64,000 nt of DNA from Gemmatimonadota bacterium. Lineage in GTDB: Bacteria; Gemmatimonadota; Gemmatimonadetes; Gemmatimonadales; Gemmatimonadaceae. The stretch spans positions 31,925 to 95,924 of the forward strand of contig PMEM01000043.1 of assembly GCA_003155795.1 (NCBI GenBank). The letters are read 5' to 3'. The notes below the pieces were generated by a model. That model did no database searches, was not told the origin of the DNA, and saw nothing but the letters and a program-made list of their open reading frames with translations. The position numbers were made by a program, and so were the translations under genes. This document shows positions 52,001 through 61,421 of this stretch, in pieces (the first letter of the stretch is position 1; each line of letters begins with the position of its first letter).

Positions 52001-52349
52001 TGCGATGACCGCGCTCTGACTCTGGGTTGATTTCCCAGGCGGCAATTCGATTGTGAAGATCCGGAGTAGCGAGATAAATCGCCTCGCGCACTCCACGCAA
52101 CTTGAGAACGCGAGTCATCAATCGCCAGACACTTGCATCGTCCGCAGCGATCCCCTCGCTAAGTTCACCCGACTCACCAGCGCAAGCAAGTCCTACCGCG
52201 ATCGTCTCTCCAACCATAAACTCGTTCGAGGCGAGGAATGGCGTCCTTAAAGCAAAGAACCCACCCGCAGAATAGCCGGTCAGCACTGACGGTACGGCGG
52301 ACAAAGCTCTTGAAGGAATCGCTGCGTCGCCATCGTGAGTTGTATTCAT
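49089..52349 (-). CDS. lanB: LanB lanthipeptide dehydratase (glutamylation + elimination domains)
   Basis: RYFARMSARATPFGLFAG, LLGRF, NILCRP, FLPRV, WFFIRYSDPKPHIRLR, YSREIERYGG, HMHVNR. Confidence 0.96.
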   Translation of the reverse strand: MNTTHDGDAAIPSRALSAVPSVLTGYSAGGFFALRTPFLASNEFMVGETIAVGLACAGESGELSEGIAADDASVWRLMTRVLKLRGVREAIYLATPDLHNRIAAWEINPESERGHRIGRSLFRYFARMSARATPFGLFAGFALGAVGDQTDLRLASRETYRRTTRLDTQFLGDLADAVLLNRTFGPVFTIRPNSSLYAAGGRFHYMEAYSQGGDRAYRLVAVDRSDPLDEVIRLAENGATIAELALALVNEDVSVNEARDFVYELLDAQIIVADIEPLVTGMAALDGMIDTLSTQEVTAPTVDRLKRARELLANIDARGIGCSVQDYNGIAELLGEFPVRADPARLFQVDMSTSLEAAVIGAVEMHEIEAGIDLLQRITLPTDPLRSFRRAFRERYEMELVPLAEALDAEIGIGLDNLGLEGAVSEGDLRELSAEGARQAVLAGLVIRAAKSGAVEVALTADDVASLASRTPSPLPSSIAAVVTLVRDVRPGSTPSPLRVLFHMVTGPSGGNLLGRFCHCDEDLTHALQRFLSSEAALFPDQALAEVVHLPEGRMGNILCRPVLRDYEIPFLGRSGAPASQQIPISDLFVTVRDDRVVLWSRRLGREVLPRITTAHNLSHPRNLPIYRFFALLREQGVLFGASWVWGRLEQLPFLPRVVYGQAVLCRAQWRIAASELALKPSTARVATYQAFQLLRNERGIPRRVLLSEGDSLLSLDLDLPIAVDVVVESIRKHHAVQLAEQYPDDNSLVVEGPEGRFTHELIVPFLRRRQTSREEVMAPNTVTIAPTSIRRKFTPTSGWTYAQLFAGEGTTNRILSHLVAPVIQTARDSGAIDRWFFIRYSDPKPHIRLRLCGDPSRIRCEVLPDLEARSEEFLDNRLLTSLRYDTYSREIERYGGSRSITIAEDVFCADSDFAITVLGGYPGDENAHARDMILLRGIDTLLADLQFTAEQRVLLLGRLRPPSGDARRVWSEAYRANRGDIETVLGLHAATEPTFANACEELVRRSMRVAASAARLHDLLRCGELGAALEDIALSLTHMHVNRMVGTTNPVEEQRVYDFIRRFHESAFARVRAVTPPPSHDATNA

Positions 52350-52450
52350 CAGTTCTTTCGTTGAAGGATTTCCGCCAGACCGAAGTGCAATCCCTTTTCA
52401 CCTGAATTCGGGAATCAGCACTCCGGGCACTCAACAGGTGGTAGCACAAT

Positions 52451-53248
52451 TCACGCGTCCCGTAATCGCCTAACAATGCAATCGACAAATGCCTTCGCGT
52501 CCATCTCCGCGCGGATCTCGAGAACCCCCATCCCTGTTAATTCCCTACATTGTTTGTCGAGTCTACGATGTTCGCTATACCCAAGGAAGGTAGCCGTCCG
52601 CTTCATGCTGAGGTCGCGGTCCATAAGACAGGGAAACGCGCGAACGAGCCGCGCTGCAGCAACCAACCGACGCGTCGAAGTAATTCGCGCTCGGAAAATC
52701 CATCTATCAAGTGAGCGTCGTGTCAGTCCAGCTGCAGCCGCCAACTGCTGCGCCGACTGAGGAGCGATCGGGGCTGTGAACATTAGAGTGATCGCGAACT
52801 GCAATCGCTCTGGGAGCACAGAAATGAGGGGACTAAGCCGTTCGGCGAGTTGCAGATCAAGGCCGGCCATGGGCAGCGCAGCGAAAGCCTCCCCCAACCG
52901 ATCCATTCCAGATGTCGGATTTCTAAGGACTACATCAACGTATGAGACACGGGACAGTACAAGTAACGCGACGATAAGCCGCGGTGTCAGCGAGCCATAC
53001 AGCACGACTGGAATTTGGCGCCTGTGTAGAGCGGCAGCGATCGCGTAAATGTTTGTCTCGTCAGTCAGCGCCGGATCCAACACGAGAACGTCCACACCAA
53101 TCCGCACCGCTTCAATATCGAGCCCGCAGACGATGTGTTGCGTCTGATGAGGACCCACGCTGAGAAGCGCTGTCCGAAGGGAGGCAGCTGCGAGGGCCGG
53201 GAGCCGGATCAGCACATGCACGTCAATTGGCCTCAGAAGGCGAGCCAT
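52451..53248 (-). CDS. AraC-family HTH regulator
   Basis: AQQLAAAAGLTRRSLDRW and SMKRTATFLGYS double HTH; directly upstream of lanB. Confidence 0.8.
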   Translation of the reverse strand: MARLLRPIDVHVLIRLPALAAASLRTALLSVGPHQTQHIVCGLDIEAVRIGVDVLVLDPALTDETNIYAIAAALHRRQIPVVLYGSLTPRLIVALLVLSRVSYVDVVLRNPTSGMDRLGEAFAALPMAGLDLQLAERLSPLISVLPERLQFAITLMFTAPIAPQSAQQLAAAAGLTRRSLDRWIFRARITSTRRLVAAARLVRAFPCLMDRDLSMKRTATFLGYSEHRRLDKQCRELTGMGVLEIRAEMDAKAFVDCIVRRLRDA

Positions 53249-53835
53249 AAATTACCACTTCCCGTAGACATCGGCGTCACGATCAGCGCGAATCGTGGTT
53301 GGAGGCTTCTGATATCGATCTATCCCGCCGATGCCCTGAGCGAAAAGGGGTTGCCCAGCGAGTAATTCAAATTCGGGCTTCCACGCGTCAAGTCTGTGAA
53401 CCTAGAGAGCCGAACGAGGCGAGGCACTCGTCCGAGTCGGACCCGGACCGTGCCGCCGCCAACCGCCTGCAATGGTACCTGAGGGGTTGTCGTCAAAACT
53501 CGGTATCGCCCAGGGGCCTTCGAGATCTCAAACTAGGGCGGTCAGACGGGTGCGATGAACTGCCCGCCACAAATGCCCCACCCCCACCTCGTGTCGCTGG
53601 CTGCCGCGGGTCCCCCATTCTCCATCGCTGTCGACACGGCGTTTGGGGAGGGGCCGCACCGCGGGTAGTCGTTCGGAATCGGGGCGACCACTGTTGGCGC
53701 TGGAACCGCGAACAACCATGCGCCATCTTTTCCAGACGCACCTCGACGCGAGCGCTGCTTAGCGATAAGGAGTCAATCGCGCCACGCGGGTCATAAGGGA
53801 CCTCAGCGGTGAGATGTAAGGAGCGGGTGAAAATT

Positions 53836-54075
53836 TCAAACGATCATTGACACCTTGTGCCCCTGGGTGCGGAATTCGGGGGCCTCGTAGACAACATGGT
53901 AGTGCGAGTTCGTGATGTTTATGTCCCCGTTCTTGGTGAAGTAGACCTTTGAAGAACGGACCGGGAATGCTCGAGAGGAGGCTTCGTCACCCGAACAGGT
54001 CCGTACAGGTAAGGCCACAGTGTTCTGGAGATCCATCGGTTTCTTCCGGTGCCCCTTTACTCGTGTATTGCTCAT
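53836..54075 (-). CDS. small hypothetical protein
   Basis: GGAGGGAG directly upstream of ATG. Confidence 0.35.
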   Translation of the reverse strand: MSNTRVKGHRKKPMDLQNTVALPVRTCSGDEASSRAFPVRSSKVYFTKNGDINITNSHYHVVYEAPEFRTQGHKVSMIV

Positions 54076-54406
54076 TCTCCCTCCGCGGTTTGCTGCGATT
54101 CAATTCTGTCGTCTTCCAGCCAGGCTAATTGGCACACCCAGCCCTATAGTGGGTGTCCAAGTGGCCCAACCTGACAGTCTTTCGTCGGCTGAGCGCGCTA
54201 CCCTCTACCTCGGAAAAGGCGACCAGCGGACAAAGGCTGAATCACTAGGCGTAGAACTGGGTGCGTTGGGGCTGTCTTTTGTAGCCCGAGGTTTTGGAGT
54301 GCGCGCCTAAAAAGGCGTAGGGCGTATCGTCTGCATGTGGCCACGTCAGTCACGAGCACGCAGCAAAGTCAACGAACCACTCCGAAACAAGGCGACCGAA
54401 ATCACC

Positions 54407-54865
54407 ATGTCCGATTCCCCCTCTCTTTTTCCGAACGATGGCGCAGGCGGCGGTTCCCGCCGGCGGGCTCCGTCCAGTGGTTCAATCGTGACGCGGAATG
54501 CCGCTGTCCCGGTTGCCCCAGCGTTCGGTGTGCGTGTGCGCGATGCTGCGACGAACACTTACTCAGAGCACATCGTTGACATCGTGACCGGTCCGCTCGG
54601 TTTCACGGTCATACACGCGCGGGTGTCTGTCGAGGATACGATCCCGCTCGAGCTCCCGACCGGAACAGAGAACGACGACATCATCCACGAGAGCGATGCC
54701 GCAGAACGCAATGGCGGAATCGTTTCGATCGACGTGACCGATGAGACTCAGTTCTTCATCGGACCGCATGGAAACCCGATTCGTCTCTATGGCGATGATG
54801 GAGTAGAGGCCGCGCGCGAGTTCCTTGCGCGCGGTGAACCCGCCGTACCACCGCCGCCACTCTAA
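54407..54865 (+). CDS. hypothetical protein
   Basis: First ORF of right backbone block. Confidence 0.55.
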   Translation: MSDSPSLFPNDGAGGGSRRRAPSSGSIVTRNAAVPVAPAFGVRVRDAATNTYSEHIVDIVTGPLGFTVIHARVSVEDTIPLELPTGTENDDIIHESDAAERNGGIVSIDVTDETQFFIGPHGNPIRLYGDDGVEAAREFLARGEPAVPPPPL

Positions 54866-54899
54866 CGCAGATAGTTCCTGCATCTTCCAGAGACTCGCA

Positions 54900-56006
54900 A
54901 TGCCACAGTCCTCCGCTTCGCCAACTGATCTATTCGGTCGCAAGATCGAGAACGTGTTTTCGTCAGTGCAGTCCGTGCCCCACACCGCGGACCGCGGCTT
55001 TGGTGCGCCTGCGCTCAACACGGCGCGAGAGGCGGTCCGGCAGGATGCGGTGAAACATGGAAACAGCGATCCCTCGTCACTCTGGTCGGAACGCCGGATG
55101 CAGCTCAGTCCGCGTAGCCGTACCGAACATCTGGCGATCGGGAGCGGCGCCCAGAATGAAATGTTCGCGTTCACGCCAGGCTCGCGCGCGGTTGACCCCA
55201 AATCGGCCGAAGCGTTGCCGTATAGTGACTACTTCGACATGTGGTGGAAGCGACGCGACGTTGATGCGAGCGAACGAGATTACTTCGCCCATGCGTTCGC
55301 ACGGAGCCACAAGGTTATAGCGACGCGGAGTAAGCCTGGCACCACTGCAGTCAGCGTCGCTGTAGCAGGACTCGTGTTCGAGTCAAATGGAACCGATCTG
55401 TACGACGCGCTGGATTCGCTTGCCTATACGGTTCGCGGCGGTCCGGCGATGTCAGCTCGGCCCGCCGCACCGGAACCATCAGCCTTGGACCTCATCGCCC
55501 AGGCGCGAGCTCGCATGCCGGAAGCCGAACGCGCGCGCCGTGATGCGTATTCCCATTTCATGGGCCGTCGCATCGCGCTCAGTCGATCGCGCGATCGTGG
55601 TTTCCTGCTCACAGTCTCAGCGAACGATAAGCGACACGCCGCTACCCTCGGGATCACGCCACCAGAAGGTGACCGTGCGTCTGAAATCACTGAAATTGCC
55701 AAGTTCTTCGGGGAGTGCGCTGATATGACGCGCGACCTTGAAGATGCAGCGTGGTTTGGACTGACAAAGGATCTCCTGCCAGGCGAGGCCATGGAGCGCG
55801 CAACCGCGCAGGTGCAGCGAGTGGAGAGGTACCAGAACGATAGGTACATCGATCACTCGGCACGGGCGCACGGAAACTCGGATGGGCGGGTTGGCGACTC
55901 AGGTGATCGAACCGATAGCCTCTTGGAGCGAAGTGCAGTGCTCGAGTCGGGTGCTGATCCCCTAGGTGAAAGTGAGGAGGTATCCGATGAAGGCCGTACT
56001 GCATGA
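54900..56006 (+). CDS. hypothetical protein
   Basis: 368-aa ORF in operon-like run. Confidence 0.6.
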   Translation: MPQSSASPTDLFGRKIENVFSSVQSVPHTADRGFGAPALNTAREAVRQDAVKHGNSDPSSLWSERRMQLSPRSRTEHLAIGSGAQNEMFAFTPGSRAVDPKSAEALPYSDYFDMWWKRRDVDASERDYFAHAFARSHKVIATRSKPGTTAVSVAVAGLVFESNGTDLYDALDSLAYTVRGGPAMSARPAAPEPSALDLIAQARARMPEAERARRDAYSHFMGRRIALSRSRDRGFLLTVSANDKRHAATLGITPPEGDRASEITEIAKFFGECADMTRDLEDAAWFGLTKDLLPGEAMERATAQVQRVERYQNDRYIDHSARAHGNSDGRVGDSGDRTDSLLERSAVLESGADPLGESEEVSDEGRTA

Positions 56007-56328
56007 TGCACTTCGTACTGTGTTTCGCCCGGCGCTTGGCGGATGGATGCGGTCACAGGTGGGCGTAGCACCTTCTCGCGTGTTGATCACTCCTCACGAG
56101 CCGAGTTCGCCAGCCCGCTGTGGTGCGTGTGGCGAAACACTTCCGTTGGTAGCAACGGCAACATATCCGGATATGGACCACGGGATCGGCTCGACGCACA
56201 CTGACGTGGTCGTTTGCGAGCTGTGTGGGGGATGTGAGCGAGCAGCACTCGGCGTGGGGCGACCAATTGGATTGATGCTGTGCCGTGACTCCGCCGATCT
56301 TCGCGCGAGCGCATCCGACCGTCAGTAG
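55987..56328 (+). CDS. small Zn-finger-like hypothetical protein
   Basis: GAGGAGG RBS; CGAC and CELCGGC. Confidence 0.55.
   Translation: MKAVLHDALRTVFRPALGGWMRSQVGVAPSRVLITPHEPSSPARCGACGETLPLVATATYPDMDHGIGSTHTDVVVCELCGGCERAALGVGRPIGLMLCRDSADLRASASDRQ
56304..56314 (+). promoter_or_regulatory. CGCGRGYGCAT backbone box (cgcgagcgcat)
   Basis: Ends 48 nt before ASCH ATG 56362. Confidence 0.55.
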
Positions 56329-56361
56329 TCCGCACTCTTTCGACTCAAGCAATACAAGCAA

Positions 56362-56886
56362 ATGATCCTTTCTAACGGCCAACACGAGATGTTGACTGAA
56401 TCCCGATTGACTTCGACCATTCCATCTCAGGCAATTACGCTGACGGAGCCGTGGGCTTCCCTTGTAGTGCTGCTTCTCAAGCGCTACGAGACGAGAGGCT
56501 GGCCTACGCGATTCAGAAAGACACTCTTCGTTCATGCCGCGAAAGGGATGCCACGGTATGCACGTGAGGCTGTGTGCACGTCACCATTTCTTGAAGATCT
56601 CACTGCTGCGTTCCATGTAGATACGGCATCGCAAGTTCTCGAGGTACTCGATGCTCGACGTGGCCATATCATTGGCCAGTGCGAGATCAGAGGATGCCAC
56701 CGGTCAGAGGATGTACGTGGCACTCTCTCCGATCGGGAGTGCGCTTACGGAGACTACAGCGATGATCGTTATGCATTTGCGATTGAGCGCGCTGTGGCAT
56801 TCGACTCGTTCATTCCGTGTCGAGGCATGTTGGGCATCTGGACAGTTCCTGCCGATACACTCGCCGCGCTCCAACGCGCAGCCTAA
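56362..56886 (+). CDS. ASCH-domain protein
   Basis: AITLTEPWASLV..KRYETRGW..LFVHAAK, GHIIG, CRGMLGIW. Confidence 0.88.
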   Translation: MILSNGQHEMLTESRLTSTIPSQAITLTEPWASLVVLLLKRYETRGWPTRFRKTLFVHAAKGMPRYAREAVCTSPFLEDLTAAFHVDTASQVLEVLDARRGHIIGQCEIRGCHRSEDVRGTLSDRECAYGDYSDDRYAFAIERAVAFDSFIPCRGMLGIWTVPADTLAALQRAA

Positions 56887-56898
56887 CCGGAATATCGA

Positions 56899-57978
56899 AT
56901 GGGCGCGAAAACAAAGATAGAATGGAGTGACAGCTCGTGGAATCCGCTGCGCGGATGTTCCAGAGTTTCTCGAGCATGTGAGCACTGCTACGCTGAGGTG
57001 GTAGCGGGCCGATTCTCGGGTCCAGGGTTGCCTTATGAAGGTCTCACGCGCGCGACGACAGGAGGAGCGCGTTGGACAGGGAAGATCATGCTTGTTCCCG
57101 AGCATCTTGCGGATCCACTTCGCTGGAAGCGCCCGCGGTTGATCTTCGTCAACTCGATGAGCGATCTGTTTCATCCCAATGTGCCGGATGAATATATCGC
57201 TGCTGTATTCGGCGTCATGATGTATGCACGTCGACACACGTTTCAAGTGCTTACAAAGCGCCCGGAACGTATGGCAGCTTTGCTGCCGACGCTGACCGCA
57301 CTTCGATGCCATGTGACCGCGAGCGAGATCCTCGGGTACACCCCGGCGTGGGAGCGCACGTACCAGCCGGCGGATGCGACGTTCCCACTGCCGAATGTCT
57401 GGCTCGGTGCGAGTGTGGAAGATCAGCCGACCGCGGATGAACGTATTCCGCACCTGCTCAACACACCCGCAGCGGTGCGCTTCCTGTCGTGTGAGCCATT
57501 GCTCGGGCCGATCACACTGACGGTTCCTGGCGAGTCGGGGAAGATCCGGATCGACGTTCTTACAGGTGGCTGGGCTGTACCGCGCAACGATGGATCGCAT
57601 CACCAGGAGCCGCGCATTCACTGGGTAATTGTGGGTGGCGAATCTGGCGCCGGCGCGAGGCCCATGCATCCGGATTGGGCAAGGTCACTTCGAGATCAAT
57701 GCGTTCGCGCCGGTGTCCCGTTTTTCTTTAAGCAATGGGGTGAGTGGGTTCCAATTGCGGCTCCGGGGCTGAACAACGACGCTGACGAACCCAAGCTAGC
57801 TGTATTGTCCCGAACCGGAGAGTGCTTCTCGGCGACGCCTGCTGAGGCGATGTTAGCCACAGGATCGTTACACGCAGTCCAAAGATTAGGCAAGCACAAA
57901 GCCGGCCGTCACCTCGATTGCCGCGCGTGGGACGAGATGCCGATCGCATGTGGCAGCGTTGCGTCCCAGGACGCGTGA
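56899..57978 (+). CDS. DUF5131 / phage Gp37-Gp68 family protein
   Basis: TKIEW, GCSRVSRACEHCYA, FVNSMSDLFH, LTKRP, SCEPLL, WVIVGGESG, FFFKQWG. Confidence 0.93.
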   Translation: MGAKTKIEWSDSSWNPLRGCSRVSRACEHCYAEVVAGRFSGPGLPYEGLTRATTGGARWTGKIMLVPEHLADPLRWKRPRLIFVNSMSDLFHPNVPDEYIAAVFGVMMYARRHTFQVLTKRPERMAALLPTLTALRCHVTASEILGYTPAWERTYQPADATFPLPNVWLGASVEDQPTADERIPHLLNTPAAVRFLSCEPLLGPITLTVPGESGKIRIDVLTGGWAVPRNDGSHHQEPRIHWVIVGGESGAGARPMHPDWARSLRDQCVRAGVPFFFKQWGEWVPIAAPGLNNDADEPKLAVLSRTGECFSATPAEAMLATGSLHAVQRLGKHKAGRHLDCRAWDEMPIACGSVASQDA

Positions 57979-58361
57979 CGGTGAGTTACAAGCTGATCCT
58001 TAATCGACTCGTAAATGAGCTGCCCCGATTCGCGTACAACTACGCAGACGAGCGCCAGCTACATGAAGGACTTGCCGCAGTACTCACGTCAGCCGGCATA
58101 CGTTTCGACCGTGAATACATAGCTGGTCCCAAGGATCGATTCGACTTTCTCTGCGATGAGGGGGTCGTGATCGAGGCGAAGATCAAGGGGACGTTCTCCG
58201 AGGCACTACGCCAGATCGATCGCTATTGCGCTCGCGATGACGTCAAGGCTGTCCTTCTGGTGACAACCTGTTTGTGGGGTCAGGCTCGTGGGTGGCGTGA
58301 CGATGCTGTGCTACACACGAAACCAGTCCGAATGGTTCGTATCGGAAGGCAGGCGTTTTGA
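57975..58361 (+). CDS. small PD-(D/E)XK-like nuclease
   Basis: GTGA overlap; RFDFL..VVIEAK..QIDRY. Confidence 0.7.
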   Translation: MTVSYKLILNRLVNELPRFAYNYADERQLHEGLAAVLTSAGIRFDREYIAGPKDRFDFLCDEGVVIEAKIKGTFSEALRQIDRYCARDDVKAVLLVTTCLWGQARGWRDDAVLHTKPVRMVRIGRQAF

Positions 58362-60112
58362 TAACCTTTGGGCAGGTCTCACATACCGGAACTCGGTGGG
58401 TGATTAATTGCGAACCGCACGTTCGCACACGCCTCAAGCGCGTGTTCCCGCGAGCTCCACAGTATGCCTCCGAGAAGATCTCGATATCGGATACGCCGGA
58501 GAACTGCCGCGATTTGCTCTGGTTTCTCGATCGCTATCCCATGCAAGTCGACAAGCCTGAATTACTCACTGGGCGCGCGCGAGAGCATCTGGATACGGAA
58601 GCGCGGCTCGCGGACCTATTGGCTGCCAGGCATCCGCCACACAAGGTCGTACTCGCACAACCGCCGCGTGAGTATCAAGAGATCGCCGAGAACGTGGTTG
58701 AGCTTATGGAAGGATTGCTCCTCGCTGATGAGGTTGGCGTCGGGAAGTCGGTTTCAGCGATTTGTTCGATGACGCGGATCGAAAACCTACCAGCTCTAGT
58801 GGTTTGTCCTGCACATCTGCCTGACCAATGGGCGGAGATGATTGCGCAATTTGCGCCTGATCTCAAGGTTCACATTCTGCGGAAAAGTCAGCCCTACGAT
58901 CTTACACGTCCGGAGCGCGGGGGGCAGCGGGACTTGCTCCCGGATCGGCTACCAGACGTGATCGTTACGAGTTATCACAAACTGCGTGGATGGGCTGAAA
59001 CGCTCGCTGGCGTTGCGCGCCTTGTCGTATTCGATGAATGCCAGCAACTCCGCAATCCTGATAGTAACATCTACGCTGCCGCGAAACTCGTTGCTGATAA
59101 GGCACGACGTCGCCTTGGACTCTCTGCAACCCCGATCTACAACTACGGGTCGGAGTTCTTCTGGGTTGTTGATGCGCTTCGACCTGGCGCGCTCGGCCAA
59201 CGTGATGAGTTTGTGAGGGAATGGTGTACGAGTGACGATGGAAGAAAGGCACGGATCTCAGACTCCGTGGAGTTCGGAGCCTATCTCCGCCGCGAAGGGA
59301 TCATGCTGCTTCGTACGCGCAAGGATGTTGGCCGCGAGTTGCCGCCGCTTACTCGGGTCGTTCATACCGTTGCGTCGGATCCTGCTACACTCAATGCGTT
59401 GAAGGGCGATGCAGTAGCTCTAGCACGCATCGTATTAAGCCACAACGAGCAGTATCGCGGTCAAAGGATGCAGGCAGCGGGTGAGTTCGATTCACTCATG
59501 CGTCAGGTAACGGGCGTCGCAAAAGCCCCGTATGTGGCAGAGTTCGTCAGGTTGCTGCTTGAAGCGGGCGAGCGCGTGGTCTTGTTCGGGTGGCACCGTG
59601 AGGTGTATTCGATTTGGCTCGAGGCGCTCAAGGACTTTAACCCGCACCTTTACACAGGGAGTGAGTCGGCGACACAGAAGGCGGCGTCGAAGGCGGCTTT
59701 CGTGAGTGGCGAAACGAAGCTGCTCATAATTTCCCTACGCGCCGGTGCCGGCATTGACGGCTTGCAGGGAGTTTGTCATATCGGCGTGTTCGGCGAGATC
59801 GATTGGAGCCCAGGTGTCCACGAACAATGTGTAGGCCGCTTTTACCGTGATGGCCAGTCAGATCCTTGTGTTGCTTACTTTCTGCTGTCCGAGGACGGGG
59901 CCGACCCAATTATGGCAGAGGTGGTCGGTGTGAAGCGTGAACAACTCGAAGGTGTCAGGAATCCCGGCCATGCTCTCGCGGAGCGCATCGACACAGGGGA
60001 AAACAACATCCGCCGGCTGGCGCGTGAGTTCCTGGCGCGTAAAGGTGAAACCTTCGAGGGAGAGGATCCGGTAGCGATCCACCCAGAGGGTGAATTGGCG
60101 GTGTGCGTATGA
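58358..60112 (+). CDS. SNF2-family helicase
   Basis: LLADEVGVGKS, DECQ, LSATP, GAGIDGLQ, QCVGRFYRDGQ. Confidence 0.92.
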   Translation: MITFGQVSHTGTRWVINCEPHVRTRLKRVFPRAPQYASEKISISDTPENCRDLLWFLDRYPMQVDKPELLTGRAREHLDTEARLADLLAARHPPHKVVLAQPPREYQEIAENVVELMEGLLLADEVGVGKSVSAICSMTRIENLPALVVCPAHLPDQWAEMIAQFAPDLKVHILRKSQPYDLTRPERGGQRDLLPDRLPDVIVTSYHKLRGWAETLAGVARLVVFDECQQLRNPDSNIYAAAKLVADKARRRLGLSATPIYNYGSEFFWVVDALRPGALGQRDEFVREWCTSDDGRKARISDSVEFGAYLRREGIMLLRTRKDVGRELPPLTRVVHTVASDPATLNALKGDAVALARIVLSHNEQYRGQRMQAAGEFDSLMRQVTGVAKAPYVAEFVRLLLEAGERVVLFGWHREVYSIWLEALKDFNPHLYTGSESATQKAASKAAFVSGETKLLIISLRAGAGIDGLQGVCHIGVFGEIDWSPGVHEQCVGRFYRDGQSDPCVAYFLLSEDGADPIMAEVVGVKREQLEGVRNPGHALAERIDTGENNIRRLAREFLARKGETFEGEDPVAIHPEGELAVCV

Positions 60113-60837
60113 CAGCCAGGTACGAGCGGCGAAGCGTACTCGGGCCAACCTTGAAGATCGATCCCAGCGTGCTCTCGATCAAGGATGCTTTAGCATTCAG
60201 CGCCGCACGGGACGCAGCGAAGCTGGCGGGCAATCCAATGCCCACGGTCGAGGAGTATTTGAACAATGCCGCTCGGCGCTCGATCGCGCCTGTAGACAAG
60301 ACGCTACCTCACTCAAAACGCGACCAGGTGTCCGCGGCGCTACGTGTCGCCACCAGTAGTCAGGAGGCGGACGCAATTTGTCCGCCGGTGGTGACGCTAC
60401 GCCGAATGGGTGATTGTATCGCGGGATCAGTTCTTCTGGCGCCACGAACAAAGAAGAACAGTACAGAGCTCGGCATCCGTCAATCCCCAGCGTATCGCGC
60501 GTATAGGGGGGCTGCACTTCCTGCGATCCGCGATGCGGTTTCGCAGATCGGCTCACTTCAAGCTGATGTCCGTTACAACGTTTGCGCTCATTTCTACCCG
60601 GACAGCTCGGGAAATAGAGCCGACGCCAATAATTTTTATGCGTCTCTCGCCGATCTACTCGAGAACGCGGGCTTGATTCCCAACGATCGCCAGTTCTGCA
60701 GATGGTGGGGGAGTGATGTGTTTGTTGACCACGGCACAACTCCACGGACTGAATTCGTAATCACCCCCATCGAGATGGTTACTGTGACTGTAAGCCCGAG
60801 TATGTGGCGTCTTCTCTCGCGCGGGTGCACTGCGTGA
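60109..60837 (+). CDS. RusA-like Holliday junction resolvase (divergent)
   Basis: ATGA overlap; RADANNFYASLADLLENAGLIPNDRQ and PRTEFVI. Confidence 0.6.
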   Translation: MTARYERRSVLGPTLKIDPSVLSIKDALAFSAARDAAKLAGNPMPTVEEYLNNAARRSIAPVDKTLPHSKRDQVSAALRVATSSQEADAICPPVVTLRRMGDCIAGSVLLAPRTKKNSTELGIRQSPAYRAYRGAALPAIRDAVSQIGSLQADVRYNVCAHFYPDSSGNRADANNFYASLADLLENAGLIPNDRQFCRWWGSDVFVDHGTTPRTEFVITPIEMVTVTVSPSMWRLLSRGCTA

Positions 60838-60842
60838 CCACT

Positions 60843-61406
60843 ATGCAAATCAAGATGGATGTCGATGGTTTATCCCCCTTGCCAGGAGATGTTCGATCCA
60901 ACCTGAGCGCCACTACTTCGCGGGAAATCCGGTTCTATCGCGCGAGCGAACGCCCGTATGGAGTCTTCTCAAATCTCCATCGACGTCCGATTAGTTTCGA
61001 AGGCCGCGATTTCCCCACTGCAGAGCACGCATACCAGTTTGGCAAGGCGCGAAAGCCAGCCGTACAGGAATGGTTAATGGCCGCACCATCTCCGTCTCTT
61101 CTCGCGATGGCTGCTCACGGATTGTACGCGTGGGACATTGCGCCTGGATGGTCGCAAGCGAAGGTCGATCGAATGCGTTGCGTCCTACAGTCAAAGTTCT
61201 CTCAACACGCCGATTTGCGAGAGATTCTCATCGGAACTGGCGACGCGCGCCTGGTTGAATCGGCCACTGCTGATTCGTCGGTCAACCGTTTCTGGGGAGA
61301 AGTCAACGGACAAGGCCGAAACATGCTTGGAACACTCCTTATGGAAGTACGTGAGTCCATCTTGGCGCGCAACGAACATCAAGACGACGGTGGTGGTGGT
61401 CTGTAG
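60843..61406 (+). CDS. NADAR (YbiA) family hydrolase
   Basis: FSNL, TAEHAYQ, KFSQH, LVES, FWG, GRNMLGTLLMEVR. Confidence 0.93.
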   Translation: MQIKMDVDGLSPLPGDVRSNLSATTSREIRFYRASERPYGVFSNLHRRPISFEGRDFPTAEHAYQFGKARKPAVQEWLMAAPSPSLLAMAAHGLYAWDIAPGWSQAKVDRMRCVLQSKFSQHADLREILIGTGDARLVESATADSSVNRFWGEVNGQGRNMLGTLLMEVRESILARNEHQDDGGGGL

Positions 61407-61421
61407 CCAAGCGGATGGGAG

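Noticed and set aside
53299..53796. 165-aa ORF
   Set aside because: Arg/Pro/Cys-rich non-coding-like composition, no motif
56704..57669. 321-aa minus-strand ORF
   Set aside because: Antisense shadow of the DUF5131 gene, like most short overlapping ORFs in the track
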